Shown here: one piece after another, positions 1 through 12,880 of the stretch | Position numbering within the stretch: the stretch's first letter is position 1 | How the letters are laid out: each line of letters begins with the position of its first letter | Origin: Pecten maximus | Taxonomy: Eukaryota | Direction of reading: 5' to 3' | DNA length: 64,000 nt | Assembly: GCF_902652985.1 (NCBI RefSeq) | Contig: NC_047016.1 | Coordinates: 11,160,001 to 11,224,000 of the forward strand | Position numbers and translations under genes: made by a program | Notes under the pieces: model-generated | The model's database searches: none | What the model was told of the DNA's origin: nothing | The model's input: the letters and a program-made list of their open reading frames with translations, nothing else

Positions 1-830
1 TGTACAGCCAGTGACCTGCGTCTGACGAGTCTGGTCATTTCTACTTTTGTATTTTGAACATTCAAAAACACTCTGTCGTTCCTACACACGTCCGTTGTGG
101 ATTTCTCGCCGTTCCATAACCACGCGTGAATCCTCATATACAAGTAAATTACAGAACTATAAACGGCATCCCTATACAGTTATCACGTCATCAGTACAAA
201 AAGGGCGTCATGACCGGCTCATGTTGTACAATCACAAACATCAATAGACAGATCGTACAACAAACGGTTAGAAAAACGTTTCCGCTATAAGATATTAAGC
301 TATGTATATATACACGATAACAATATCCCAGTCAATGACAATTAATTCAACTCAGTTTGATTCTCCTTAAGAATGCAATGTAAAGGGAAACATTTTTATA
401 CAATACGTGTTGTGTTCATAGTCGGTGGTACGCAGAACTGTTTCATAATATACATGTATATATATATATATACATTTGTATCAAGGGGGCAAATATTATC
501 ATTAATTATTCTGAAAAAAAAATTCAGTGATTTTTATGTTCTTGTAATTCTTTGATTCATAGAACTTTATTAAGTTTTGTGTATACCGATATAGTTATCT
601 ATATAAGACTCTATAGACTGATAGTGATGGACAGTGAGGCAAGTGATGAAATTCCTCACCGACTGACCGTTACAGTGTGAATATTTTCTATCATTATAAT
701 CAATATCATGCCATTTGCCGGTTTCTATCATATAATGATTGGTAGACTGGAATTAACAAGGTGTTACCGTATATTTACAAGGGTGTTTTAAAAAATATAT
801 CGAGATGTACATGTAGTTATATGCATTTAG

Positions 831-1065
831 CACATCCGCCAGTGTCCCCAGTCAAAGTCAAACGAGATGTAGTTTATTATCACATCCGCCAATATCCCCA
901 GTCAAAGACAAACGAGGTGTAGTTTATTATCACATCCGCCAATGTCCCCAGTCAAAGACAAACGAGATGTAGATTATTATCACATCCGCCAATATCCCCA
1001 GTCAAAGACAAACTAGATGTAGTTTATTATCACATCTACCAATGTACCCAGTCAAAGACTAACGG
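831..1065. repeat. Minisatellite, 50-bp unit, ~4.7 copies
   Basis: Unit CACATCCGCCAATATCCCCAGTCAAAGACAAACGAGATGTAGTTTATTAT starts at 831, 881, 931, 981 and 1031. Confidence 0.95.
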
Positions 1066-3402
1066 GATATATATAATACGTGTAGAATATAACCACGTGA
1101 CCTAACAATACAATGCTCTCTTCTTAACTCATAAGTCTAATTATGGATTGCCACAGAGCAACAAACATATTCCAAATGATAGAAGCATCCAATACCTTCT
1201 TGTTACCATACTAACGCTCTCAGCATAACTTGGCTATATATCACTACCTTAGAGAACCTTCAGGGTACCAACTATTACTAGCGAGGTATCTCAGAAAGCG
1301 GCTGTGATATACCGAATTGATTACTGTTCTCTCTAGCCTTCCGTCCTAATAACGTAGACAGGTATTCCATATATATGACAGGTCAGCATCTCAACATGTT
1401 GACATGGGTTGTGACGTCATGTGCTTACTTCTACAGGTCACGGGTATAGCCGAGAGGAAATAGCAGACATTTGTTCTGTTAAATACTGGAGCCAGAAAAT
1501 CTGTCTTCCCCGGTAAGGATAGTAGTGGATAGTGTCGATTTGGCGGCGTACCGTAACGTAACACCCGGGTCTGGGCCGGGGTCACTAATGATACGCAAGG
1601 GGCCTTCCGTAAATATGTAATCACCAAGGTACACAGAAAACAACTTCATTCATAAAAAAAAACATTTCTTAACTCTGAGGTTTCAAACGTTTTCTTCTTA
1701 CTTTTCATCCGTGTTCTCCGTTTTTCTCGTCAAAGGTTGTTATACCTGGTTTGTCCGGTGCCTTTGAAGTTGATATGTTTGTTTGTACCCGTATTAACCG
1801 TATAGATACTGCTCGTAAAACCCCTATTACATATACTGGATACCACATACCAGCAATTTCATCAAAGCGTTGGTCGGGCGTTGTAAAACAAATTCTGACA
1901 AGAAATGAAGCACCTATTTTTTTGTTTAATTGTTGCTTTAACCCTCTTTTTATTGTGTCATGGCACCTTTCTGAATGTAGGGAAAGTTAATATATCAATA
2001 ACAGGAATGAAATGTGTGTAATAATATTCCATACAATCATTTCATGCTATCTCAACTGATTTGGATGCAACTGCAATCCTTGATGTGTAAAGAAAAACGT
2101 CCGTAAAATAGTTTCACTTGGATTTCACCTTGGTTTTATGTGTCGATCGTGCGCAGAGGTATATGGGCTCTTTTACATCGAGACAAAGACCAATACTAAA
2201 TACAGTGATCTACAGGTATGAGGCGGGCACGTTAAAACCCCGTACATTGGGATGAAAATCAAATGCGGGTATTTAGATGTCTTCAGCGTGGGTAATTTAC
2301 GTTAATGGTCAACTCTGGTCAGTTTGCATTGTGAGGGCCAGCTGCGTTGATTCTATTCCTTTTTACCTTCAAACTAGTCATGACTTGGCACGCGCCCTGA
2401 CAACAGGGCCTTGGGGACGTTAAGGTGACCAATACCAATCTGGCTGCGTGGAAAACACATGTCGGTCTTCATTTACGAAATTCACATTTTGTCTATGTAG
2501 TTTTCATTTGATTCTACATCATTCTGTCGCTGAAGTTGTTTATCAAGGTTTCATTTCTTCGAAAAGGTCGACTGACCGGCCCCTGATGCTGCCTCTCGGG
2601 GCGTGACTGATTTGACGGGATTATGGCCGGAGTAAATTGAGTAGTAGACAGATGATTGTTATAGCTGTACAATGACTGTCGGACAATTGACTGGACATAC
2701 AGCATCCCTACACAGGTCATTTAATGAAGTGACTGTAATTACAAACCAAACATATGCTTTGAGGGCTGCGATCTCGTATCGATGAATTCCTTTGTATAAA
2801 TTTTAATTTAAGAATGTTTGACTTAATCAAAGTTAATTCTGAGTTCTACTCGAGCAGGTGAGTGTTTGAAGGTGAGAATGTCAATGTATTAAAGGCTAAA
2901 AAGACGGTTTTTCATTGACTGTCTAACATTTACAGAAACTGCGATCCGTGAAATTGATTAGTACACAATATGCTAATCATGTGGATGTGACAATGTTCAA
3001 TAAAGCCGTGCTCATTGATACCGGGATCGTGTGGGAACCGTATTGTGGGGCCCTCTTGTGAACACATCACCATGAAATGTGGACGACCAATTTCCGCCTG
3101 ATGCTTCAGAGTCTAGTTAATCCAGAGGCCTGTCAAATTGATAGCAGTCCTAGCAATGGCATAAACATGACTATCTTATATCCGTGTACTAATGGCTAGT
3201 TTTGAATCGTAAATATTCTTGATCAAATCGATAAGACAAACCACATTTCAAAATTATTTATATTTTCTTCAATCACAAAAAAAGAAATTTCGACGTTGTT
3301 AAAATAGTACATGTTCTAAGTGTGTTCAGTGTCAACTTCAGTAAAACAGACTTACCTAACATACGGGTACTTACTGTTGTGTAAATTTAGCAGTTACATT
3401 AG

Positions 3403-4753
3403 TGAGGTAACTTGACTGTCACTAGAACAGCGTGATCACAGTATTTGTTGTTAGGTTACAATGAGGTCACTTGACTGTCACTAGAACAGCGTGACCACAC
3501 TATTTGTCACTAGGGTACAATGAGGTAACTTGACTGTCACAAGAACAGCGTGACCACACTATTTGTCACTAGGGTACAATGAGGTAACTTGACTGTCACA
3601 AGAACAGCGTGACCACACTATTTGTCACTAGGGTACAATGAGGTAACTTGACTGTCACTAGAACAGCGTGACCACAGTATTTGTCACTAGGGTACAATGA
3701 GGTAACTTGACCACCACAAGAACAGCGTGACCACAGTATTTGTCACTAGGGTACAATGAGGTAACTTGACCACCACAAGAACAGAGTGACCACAGTATTT
3801 GTCACTAGGGTACAATGAGGTAACTTGACCACCACATGAACAGCGTGACCACAGTATTTGTCACTAGGGTACAATGAGGTCACTTGACTGTCACTATAAC
3901 AGAGTGACCGCAGTATTTGTCACTAGGGTACAATGAGGTCACTTGACTGTCACTAGAACATCGTGACTAAAATATTTGTTGTTAGGTTACAATGTGGTCA
4001 CGTGACTGTCACTATAACAGAGTGACCACAGTATTTGTTGTTAGGGTACAATGAGGTCACTTGACTGTCACTAGAACAGAGTGACCACAGTATTTGTCAC
4101 TAGGGTATAATGATGTTACTTGACTGTTACTATAACAGAGTGACCACAGTATTTGTCACTAGGGTATAATGATGTTACTTGACCACCACTATAACAGAGT
4201 GACCACAGTATTTGTCACTAGGGTACAATGATGTTACTTGACTGTTACTATAACAGAGTGACCACAGTATTTGTCACTAGGGTACAATGATGTTACTTGA
4301 CCACCAATATAACAGAGTGACCACAGTATGTGTTGTTAGGGTACAATGAGGCCACTTGACTGTCACTATAACAGAGTGACCACAGTATTTGTCACTAGGG
4401 TACAATGATGTTACTAGACTGTCACTATAACAGAGTGACCACAGTATTTGTCACTAGGGTACAATGATGTTACTTGACTGTTACTATAACAGAGTGACCA
4501 CAGTATTTGTCACTAGGGTACAATGATGTTACTAGACTGTCACTATAACAGAGTGACCACAGTATTTGTCACTAGGGTACAATGATGTTACTTGACTGTT
4601 ACTATAACAGTGACCACAGTATTTGTCACTAGGGTACAATGATGTTACTTGACCACCACTAGAACAGAGTGACCACAGTATTTGTTGTTAGGTTACAATG
4701 AGGTCACTTGACTGTCACTATAACAGAGTGACCACAATATTTGTTGTTAGGGT
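3403..4753. repeat. Minisatellite, 59-bp unit, ~23 copies
   Basis: Unit TGAGGTAACTTGACTGTCACTAGAACAGCGTGACCACAGTATTTGTCACTAGGGTACAA repeated head-to-tail, with internal GTCAC/GTGAC inverted motifs. Confidence 0.97.
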
Positions 4754-5634
4754 TAAACCGCTTGGGTACAGCTAGGTTAGTACGCCCTAATACTAATAGT
4801 GACATCATCACGACTAATTACCGCACCAAATCGAGGCTTACATTCTAATGTCTCCATTTATGTATGCGGAACAGTAGTTTCTGTAATTCTACGACTAATT
4901 TGTCTGAATAATAATTTGAAAATGACTCCATTATATATATCTAGACGGCTCTGTATGTCATACGTTTTCACCATGACGTCATGTTTTAGTTTTCCTTGAC
5001 TTTAAACAATCTTCTTAGAATTGGCCGTTATTCACGGATAGAACTTTTTTTAAATCTGCATAAGAACAACATAGCTGTCTGACGCTAATCGACATCGGCA
5101 ATAGCATTGATATATCGTCTGGAAGGAGCGTAAAAATAACCTCATGAATAAAAAGTACAAGTCACCTTTTCTGTAAGTTGTTCTAACTGACCAGATAAGC
5201 TGTGCAATATCAATACATGCTTTCCTTGTCAGAATAATTGGATTGGTAAATATATTGCTTCTGACGTATACAGAGCATAGTAAGGTTTTCCATACAGATC
5301 AAGCCTTCAAAAAAGAAGTGCAATTTTACATTCGATTCTAGCAAATGTATCCGTGTCAGATGTCGAACCATGTGTTTCACAGACACGATGATGAATCGTT
5401 CTGCAGGTTAGATCAGACTTCTTAAACTACAGACAGAGACTTCCCAATAACACAGACTTGTGGACATGTAGATACTACCAAACAGACAAGGGGACTATAG
5501 CACATAGACACTGTCTCATAGAGACAAGGAACAGACACATTTCAACAGAAAGGGGATGACGTCGACCTTGACACTGTTTCACAGACAACAGAGTACTAAG
5601 ATCTAGATATTGTCACACCGAGACAATGAGAACT

Positions 5635-7100
5635 TTGTCACAAAGACAAGTGACACTCACAGACATCGTCTAACAGACAGCGGACACTCACAAACAATGT
5701 CACACAGACAAGGGACACTCACAGACAATGTCACACAGACAAGTGACACTCACAGACAGTGTCACACAGACAAGTGACACTCACAGACAGTATCTCACAG
5801 ACAAGTGTCACTCACAGACAGTGTCACACAGACAAGAGACACTCACAGACTTTTTCACACAGACAAGGGATACTCACATACAATGTCACACAGACAAGTG
5901 ATACTCACAGACAATGTCACACAGACAAGAGACACTCACAGACAGTGTCACACAGACAAAGGACACTCACAGACAGTGTCACACAGACAAGTGACACTCA
6001 CAGACAATGTCACACAGACAAGGGGCACTCACAGACAGTGTCACACAGACAATGGACACTCACAGACAGTGTTTCACAGACAAGTGTCACTCACAGACAG
6101 TGTCACACAGACAAGTGACACTCACAGACAATGTCACACAGACAAGGGACACTCACATATAGTGTCACACAGACAAGGGACACGCACAGACAATGTCACA
6201 CAGACAAGGGACAATCACATATAGTGCCACACAGACAAGAGACACTCACAGACAGTGTCTCACAGACAGGTGACACTCACAGACAATGTCACACAGACAA
6301 GGGACACTCACATTTAGTGTCACACAGACAAGGGACACGCACAGACAATGTCACACAGGCAAGGGACACTCACATATAGTGCCACACAGGCAAGAGACAC
6401 TCACAGACAGTGTCTCACAGACAAGTGACACTCACAGACAGTGTCACACAGATAAGTGACACTCACAGACAGTGTCTCACAGACAAGTGTAACTCACAGA
6501 CAGTGTCACACAGACAAGAGACACTCACAGACAGTGTCTCACAGAAAAGTGACACTCACAGAAAATGTCACACAGACAAGGGACATTCACATATAGTGTC
6601 ACACAGACAAGTGACACGCACAGACAATGTCACACAGACAAGGGACTCTCACATATAGTGTCACACAGACAAGAGACACTCCCAGACAGTGTCTCACAGA
6701 CAAGTGTCACTCACAGACAGTGTCACACAGACAAGAGACACTCCCAGACAGTGTCTCACAGACAAGTGTCACTCAGAGAAAGTGTCACACAGACAAGTGA
6801 CACTCACAGACAGTGTCTCACAGACAAGTGTCACACACAGACAGTGTCACACAGACAAGTGACACTCACAGACAGTGTCACAAATAAGTGACACTCACAG
6901 ACAATGTCACACAGACAAGGGACACGCACACACAATGTCACACAGACAAGTGACACTCACATATAGTGTCACACAGACAAGGGACACTCACAGACAGTGT
7001 CACACAGACAAGGGACACTCACAGACAGTGTCACACAGGCAAGGGACACTCACAGACAATGTCACAAAGGCAAGGGACACTCAGAGTCACTATTACAAAG
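5635..7100. repeat. Minisatellite, 31-bp unit (dimer of two ~15-16-bp CACAGACA subunits), ~47 copies
   Basis: Unit TGTCACACAGACAAGKGACACTCACAGACAR. Degenerate ACAGACAAG precursors occur from ~5440. Explains all ORFs 5759-7154. Confidence 0.97.
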
Positions 7101-9084
7101 ACAGGGAACATAAACACCTATATAACATATGGTGTACTGTCGTATAATTTGTGACAACAACATTACTTGTTGTTTTTTTTTAACAATGAAATCACAGCAA
7201 TATCTGTATATGAAAGGGATGAAAATATCATCGAGATCTGCGCACTTGACATTTGTTTGTTAGAAATATGCTTATTATTAAACATCCAAAGGATGTTGGG
7301 AATCGCACTGTGGCTTTAAAATGAAAGTTTAACGACATTTTTATTTTATTTTTTTTTTGTGAAAGAGTTTTCTTGAAAAAAAGTGATTTTACAGAAATAG
7401 TTCAATATTTCAACTTAAAATAAAATGCATGTAATTCAGATGGTTTAATGCATTTACTAAATGCATTAACTGTTTGAAGGAGGTTCTGCACAGAGAGAAC
7501 CATGCGACCGGGGACTGTTTCCTTTTTAATGTTGAAGTTATCTGGTGCATTTTTTGTTGGTAACAATCATCACTGAATGAAAGAAAATATGGCGAAGATG
7601 AATTATAAATACTAGACTTCGGTGTGCAGGGGCCATAGGTGAAACATTCCGTGTACAGGGAAGGGTGGGACGCACGGTATCCTCGTGTAAATATAATAAT
7701 AAAACTAGCTATGTTTTAATTTTTTATACTCATACATTTGACCTTGTACATACCTCATTACATTTATGAAAAAAAATATAATTTTGTGTTATCTACAAAT
7801 TTCATCAAAGAACTATTTGATACGGCATCAAATGGCGTAGTGTCTTTGTTGTGAGTGAGGTGGCTTACAATGACGTGATCAGGCATGGAGCAATTACACC
7901 GCGTACTCATCCAATGTTCAGCTCCCCATCGTGAATAGTGACATTACATAGGTTCAAACCCAAACATTCGGCTGCTATGTGGTTCAATTGATATCGAGTA
8001 AAAACACAGGTTCTGTTTGCATCATTCTTTTTGTATTTCAAACACGTGGTCGTTTTGAGTTATGCTTGTTTGACTCAGCCTAATTAACCTTCGCCTGTAG
8101 TACCATTTGTAAATATTGACAGCCCGTTAAGCTGGTCAGACTATCATCCGTGTCGCTTAAATTGTTAGCGTTCACGTGAATCCTACCCCACATCAATCAA
8201 AGCTGAGCAGGTATCACCAGAACCGGAAGTTACCGACACCTACATCAAAGTTGGAAACATGAGGGCTACACAGAAACCCAAAACCTCGATCTCGATTTTT
8301 TTTTATGATTTTGGGTCATTCTGTTTCCGAATTGCCTCACTTAATTCAGACCTCACATTGAGCGCTAACCACTAACCCTGGTTTATTCTGTCACTTTTTT
8401 ATGATAAGGTCAGAAATCAGTCAAAAATGGTGGTATGGATCTTGTCCTTTTCTTTACAGTCGATGACGCTTGATTACACTGATATCGTGGCGGTGTCTTA
8501 TGATGATCCCCTTGGTGAGGTTATTGTGTCAGATAACGTGTAACGTGGAAGCGAGGCAGTACCACAATACAGGGACACTTTCTATGTAAAGAGGGAGCAT
8601 TTGATATACCTTACAGTTCAGTTGTAAATTCACATATGTGTGTGTTTTATTGTTTATAAATAGGATAATTTTACAGTGTGCTTTATCCATCAACAGCACG
8701 TCATTGCTCAATGACCATATAAGAACCGTTTAACGCAACAAACGGAAGCCGTATTTCACAGGTCAGACTTACCAAGACCCTGTAATCAAGCGTGCTTAGT
8801 TAAATACTTTAGTTGTGCACTCACTTCAGCTTTGTGTGTATTCCTCGGTATAAAATGGTATGTCATTGGATCTCTGTGTACTTGGCTGAAAAAGACTAAT
8901 CGTCCCACATGTTATCGTTCCATAACCTCGGTTCGAAGGTCTGACTAAAGTCTGTGTGTAATGGTTGTGTCCAGGGTCTTCCTCTAGCGCTGCTCTGGAA
9001 GTCTCCAGTTCGGTTCACCAAGCTTACCATCACTGCAAATTCCTTTGACTGTTCGACTTCACAGTTAAAACACAATGTATATTT

Positions 9085-10075
9085 ACTATCACCCCCAGTA
9101 ACTGTTAGACCACTATCACCCTCAGTAACTGTTAGACCACTATCACCCTCAGTAACTGTTAGACCACTATCACCCCCAGTAACTGTTAGACCACTATCAC
9201 CCTCAGTAACTGTTAGACCACTATCACCCTCAGTAACTGTTAGACCAATATCACCCTATATCACCCTCAGTAACAGTTAGACCACTATCACCCCCAGTAA
9301 CTGTTAGACCACTATCACCCTATATCACCCTCAGTAACTGTTAGACCACTATCACCCTCAGTAACTGTTAGACCAATATCACCCTATATCACCCTCAGTA
9401 ACTGTAAGACCAATATCACCCTCAGTAACTGTTAGACCAATATCACCCTCAGTAACTGTTAGACCACTATCACCCTCAGTAACTGTTAGACCAATATCAC
9501 CCTCAGTAACTGTTAGATCACTATCACCCTCAGTAACTGTTAGACCACTATCACCCTCAGTAACTGTTAGACCACTATCACCCTCAGTAACTGTTAGATC
9601 ACTATCGCCCTCAGTAACTGTTAGATCACTATCATCCTCAGTAACTGTTAGATCACTATCGCCCTCAGAAACTGTTAGACCACTATCACCCCCAGTAACT
9701 GTTAGACCACTATCACCCTCAGTAACTGTTAGACCACTATCACCCTCAGTAACTGTTAGACCACTATCACCCTCAGTAACTGTTAGATCACTATCGCCCT
9801 CAGTAACTGTTAGATCACTATCATCCTCAGTAACTGTTAGATCACTATCGCCCTCAGAAACTGTTAGACCACTATCACCCCCAGTAACTGTTAGACCACT
9901 ATCGCCCTCAGTAACTGTTGTGACCACTATCACCCTCTATCACCCTCAGTAACTGTTAGACCACTATTACCCTCTATCACCCTCAGTAACTGTTAGATCA
10001 CTATCACCCCCAGTAACTGTTAGACCACTATCACCCTCTATCACCCTCAGTAACAGTTAGACAACTATAACCCTC
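9085..10075. repeat. Minisatellite, 27-bp unit, ~35 copies
   Basis: Unit CTATCACCCTCAGTAACTGTTAGACCA, with an occasional extra TATCACCC subunit. Gives the TVTEGDSGL and SPSVTVRPL read-through ORFs. Confidence 0.97.
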
Positions 10076-10299
10076 CATATTTGTTTGGATGACGTTTGGC
10101 TTTGTTGTTCCTCCTTTCATACATCTATGGTTTTGCTCTCTTGCATTATTGTGGAGTTATATACTATCATAATTCCAATTAAGGCGAAAGATTTGTTTTA
10201 AAGGCACCAACAATATGTAAATGAACAATAATTTGAAATAAAAATGTGTTTTGTGTACAAACTGAGTTTTTTGAGTAACGTGCACCCTGGGTTTCAATT

Positions 10300-11028
10300 G
10301 TTTATTTATTGAGGAGACCTTTAAATCAGGTGCACGCTTGATTTACCTTGCTTATTAATTGAGGAGACTTTTGAGTCAGATGCACGCTTGATTTACCTAG
10401 TTTATTAATTGAGGAGACTTTTGAGTCAGATGCCCGCTTGATTTACATTGTTTATTAATTTAGGAGACTTTTGAGTCAGATGCCCGCTTGATTTACCTAG
10501 TTTATTAATTGAGGAGACTTTTGAGTCAGATGCACGCTTGATTTACATTGTTTATTAATTGAGGAGACTTTTGAGTCAGATGCACACTTGATTTACCTTG
10601 TTTATAAATTGAGGAGTCGTTTGAGTCAGATGCACGCTTGATTTACATAGTTTATTAATTGAGGAGACTTTTGAGTCAGATGCACGCTTGATTTACATTG
10701 TTTATAAATTGAGGAGTTTTTTGAGTCAGATGCACGCTTGATTTACCTTGTTTATTAATTGAGGAGACTTTTGAGTCAGATGCACGCTTGATTTACCTTG
10801 TTTATAAATTGAGGAGTCTTTTGAGTCAGATGCACGCTTGATTTACCTTGTTTATAAATTGAGGAGTCTTTTGAGTCAGATGCACGCTTGATTTACCTTG
10901 TTTATTAATTGAGGAGACTTTTGAGTCCGGTTCATGGTGGGTTTGACTGGTGTATAAAGTGAGGAGTCTTAATTATGTACGAATTGAGGAGACCTTTGAG
11001 TCAGGTGCACGCTTGATTTAACCTTGTT
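10300..11028. repeat. Minisatellite, 50-bp unit, ~14 copies (left part; interrupted by a Helentron-type element)
   Basis: Unit GAGGAGACTTTTGAGTCAGATGCACGCTTGATTTACCTTGTTTATTAATT with 50-bp period (10361, 10411, ...). Confidence 0.95.
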
Positions 11029-11849
11029 AGCTCGCCTGGCCCTAAGGACCGGTGAGCTTATGCCATGGTGCAGCGTCCCTCGTTCGTCCGTCGTCCGTCT
11101 GTCGTCTGTCTGAATGGATTTTGATGAAATGGTCTGGAGCATTATTGGGCAAAGGGGATTAAGTGTTTAATAAACAGAGGGTGTGGCTCCCCTGGGGTCG
11201 GAGGTGCGGGGCCCAGTATGGAAAATCAAGATTAATCATTTAAATCCCTACTTTTCCCGACTGCTTGAATGGATTTTGGTGAAATTCGGTCTAGAACAGT
11301 ATGGGGCAAAGTAGATCAAACGTTGTATAAACGGAGGATATGGCTCCCCTAGGCCAGAGTAGTGGAACCCAATAGGGGAAATTGAGTTAAATCCTTTAGA
11401 TCCCAACTAGTCCTGAACACCTGAATGGATTTTGATGAAATTCAGTCCGGAGCATTATGGAGCAAGGGAGATCAAACGTTGTATCAACGGAGGGTGTGGT
11501 TCCATTTGGGCCGAAGGGGCGGGGCGCAATATCAGATATTGAGCTAAATCCTTTAAATTGCTACTATTTTAAACCCTTGGTATCTCAACCCCATAACCAT
11601 ATAGCATTGCTGGACTTCAAGAGATAGACACACTTCTGTTATGAATTTAAGCCCTGATGTCTTTCTCCACCCCTAGGGACTCAGTTTCTTGGTAATATTT
11701 CTGAAATCGTTGAGATTTCAACCCATAACCATATATAGCATTGTTTGACATCAACAAATATAGATATTAACAAATTGAACATAAACATTACTTTGACATT
11801 TGGTTAAATCAAACCAGGTGAGCGATACAGGCCATGTGGGCCTCTTGTT
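11027..11849 (+). mobile_element. Non-autonomous Helentron-associated element (HINE; Pearl/DINE-1-like architecture), near complete
   Basis: 5' subTIR GCTCGCCTGG (11030-11039) with a nearby inverted partner CCGGTGAGCT (11049-11058); GTCC/GTCT microsatellite-like tract (11076-11112); three ~155-bp internal repeats starting TGAATGGATTTTG (11111, 11266, 11422); 3' subTIR CCAGGTGAGC (11814-11823); 3' hairpin AGGCC-atgtg-GGCCT (11829-11843); T-run at both junctions. Confidence 0.88.
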
Positions 11850-12020
11850 TATAAACTGAAGATTCTTACTTTTGTATGTATTGAGAGACTTTTGAGTCAG
11901 TGCCCGCTTGGTTTTACTTGTGCATAAATTGAGATGACTCTTGAGGCAGGTGCACGCTGGGTTTTTACTTGTGTATGTATTGAGAGACTTGAGTCAGGTG
12001 CACGATGAGACTTACTTGTG
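11850..12020. repeat. Degenerate continuation of the 50-bp minisatellite to the right of the inserted element
   Basis: TTGAGAGACTTTTGAGTCAGTGCCCGCTTG and two further diverged copies. Confidence 0.8.
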
Positions 12021-12880
12021 GATATGCGCCATTAATAATAGACAGAACAGTGCATTTAAGGCACATGCTTTCTCATTGTACATAAGTAATATATTTAATC
12101 TTTAAATTTGCCAATAATTGCTTCCATACCAAATTTTGTTTTGTGGGTGAGGACGGCGATGGTATCGGTTATGTGTCTGACCCCGCGAGGCCCGCCACCA
12201 GAATGCTCTAGGCTCTACTTACTTTTTATTTTACCGTCATAAGCGGTTTACGGTGCTCATCGGCAACACGTTTTAGTGAATCTATTGGGAACATTAAACT
12301 TGTGATATTTAGTACCTGCACAAGTTAATCTACAAAAACCAGAGATAATAAGCGTGTACGATATTAATCACAGTTTGTTCCAGACTCGCCTGAGACGTTC
12401 GTTTCTACGAAACAACTATATGTCTATAGCCTTAATATATCGAATAAGGAAATATTCCATTATTTGATTGTCGTAAAAGAGCGTTTTGCCTGGCAGCAAT
12501 TTAGATAATGGATCTGCGAAAGGAATTTAATGGTCTGTTGGTATGATGCATAGAGTACGAAGAGTGTATGTGGTGCTTTACGACGTGGGAAGTGAAATTT
12601 TCTAAAGGAACAAAATTCAAATACAAACTATCACAAAATCCTTTATCCGTTTACGACACGAAAACGCATTTTATTTAAACATGATACGACTAAGGAAACC
12701 ACGTGGTTACCTGGTACAGACAGTGCCGACCGTGACAAGAGGATGTGAAACAGTCAGTCCACTACCCGGTTCTCTAAAGAAGCGGCGATGTAGGAATTAG
12801 AGGTCCTGAATTAGTGGTCCTGAATTAGCAAACAATTGTTTTATTTAAAATCCTTTTAGGAATGCGTTGCTATCATTTAC

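Noticed and set aside
2196-2220. miR-10-like sequence on the minus strand (TACCTGTAGATC)
   Set aside because: Seed is shifted, the 3' half mismatches and no hairpin partner is seen.
2855-2863. Perfect splice donor CAG|GTGAGT (also GTAAGT at ~34765 and ~44454)
   Set aside because: Expected by chance in 64 kb, with no matching acceptor or coding frame. Small exons cannot be excluded without RNA data.
5759-7154. Overlapping His/Thr/Gln-rich ORFs
   Set aside because: The 31-bp unit cycles through all frames; artefact of a T-poor repeat.
9379-9933. TVTEGDSGL repeat ORF resembling a beta-solenoid or adhesin
   Set aside because: Confined to the 27-bp array; 10-bp insertions break the frame at both ends.
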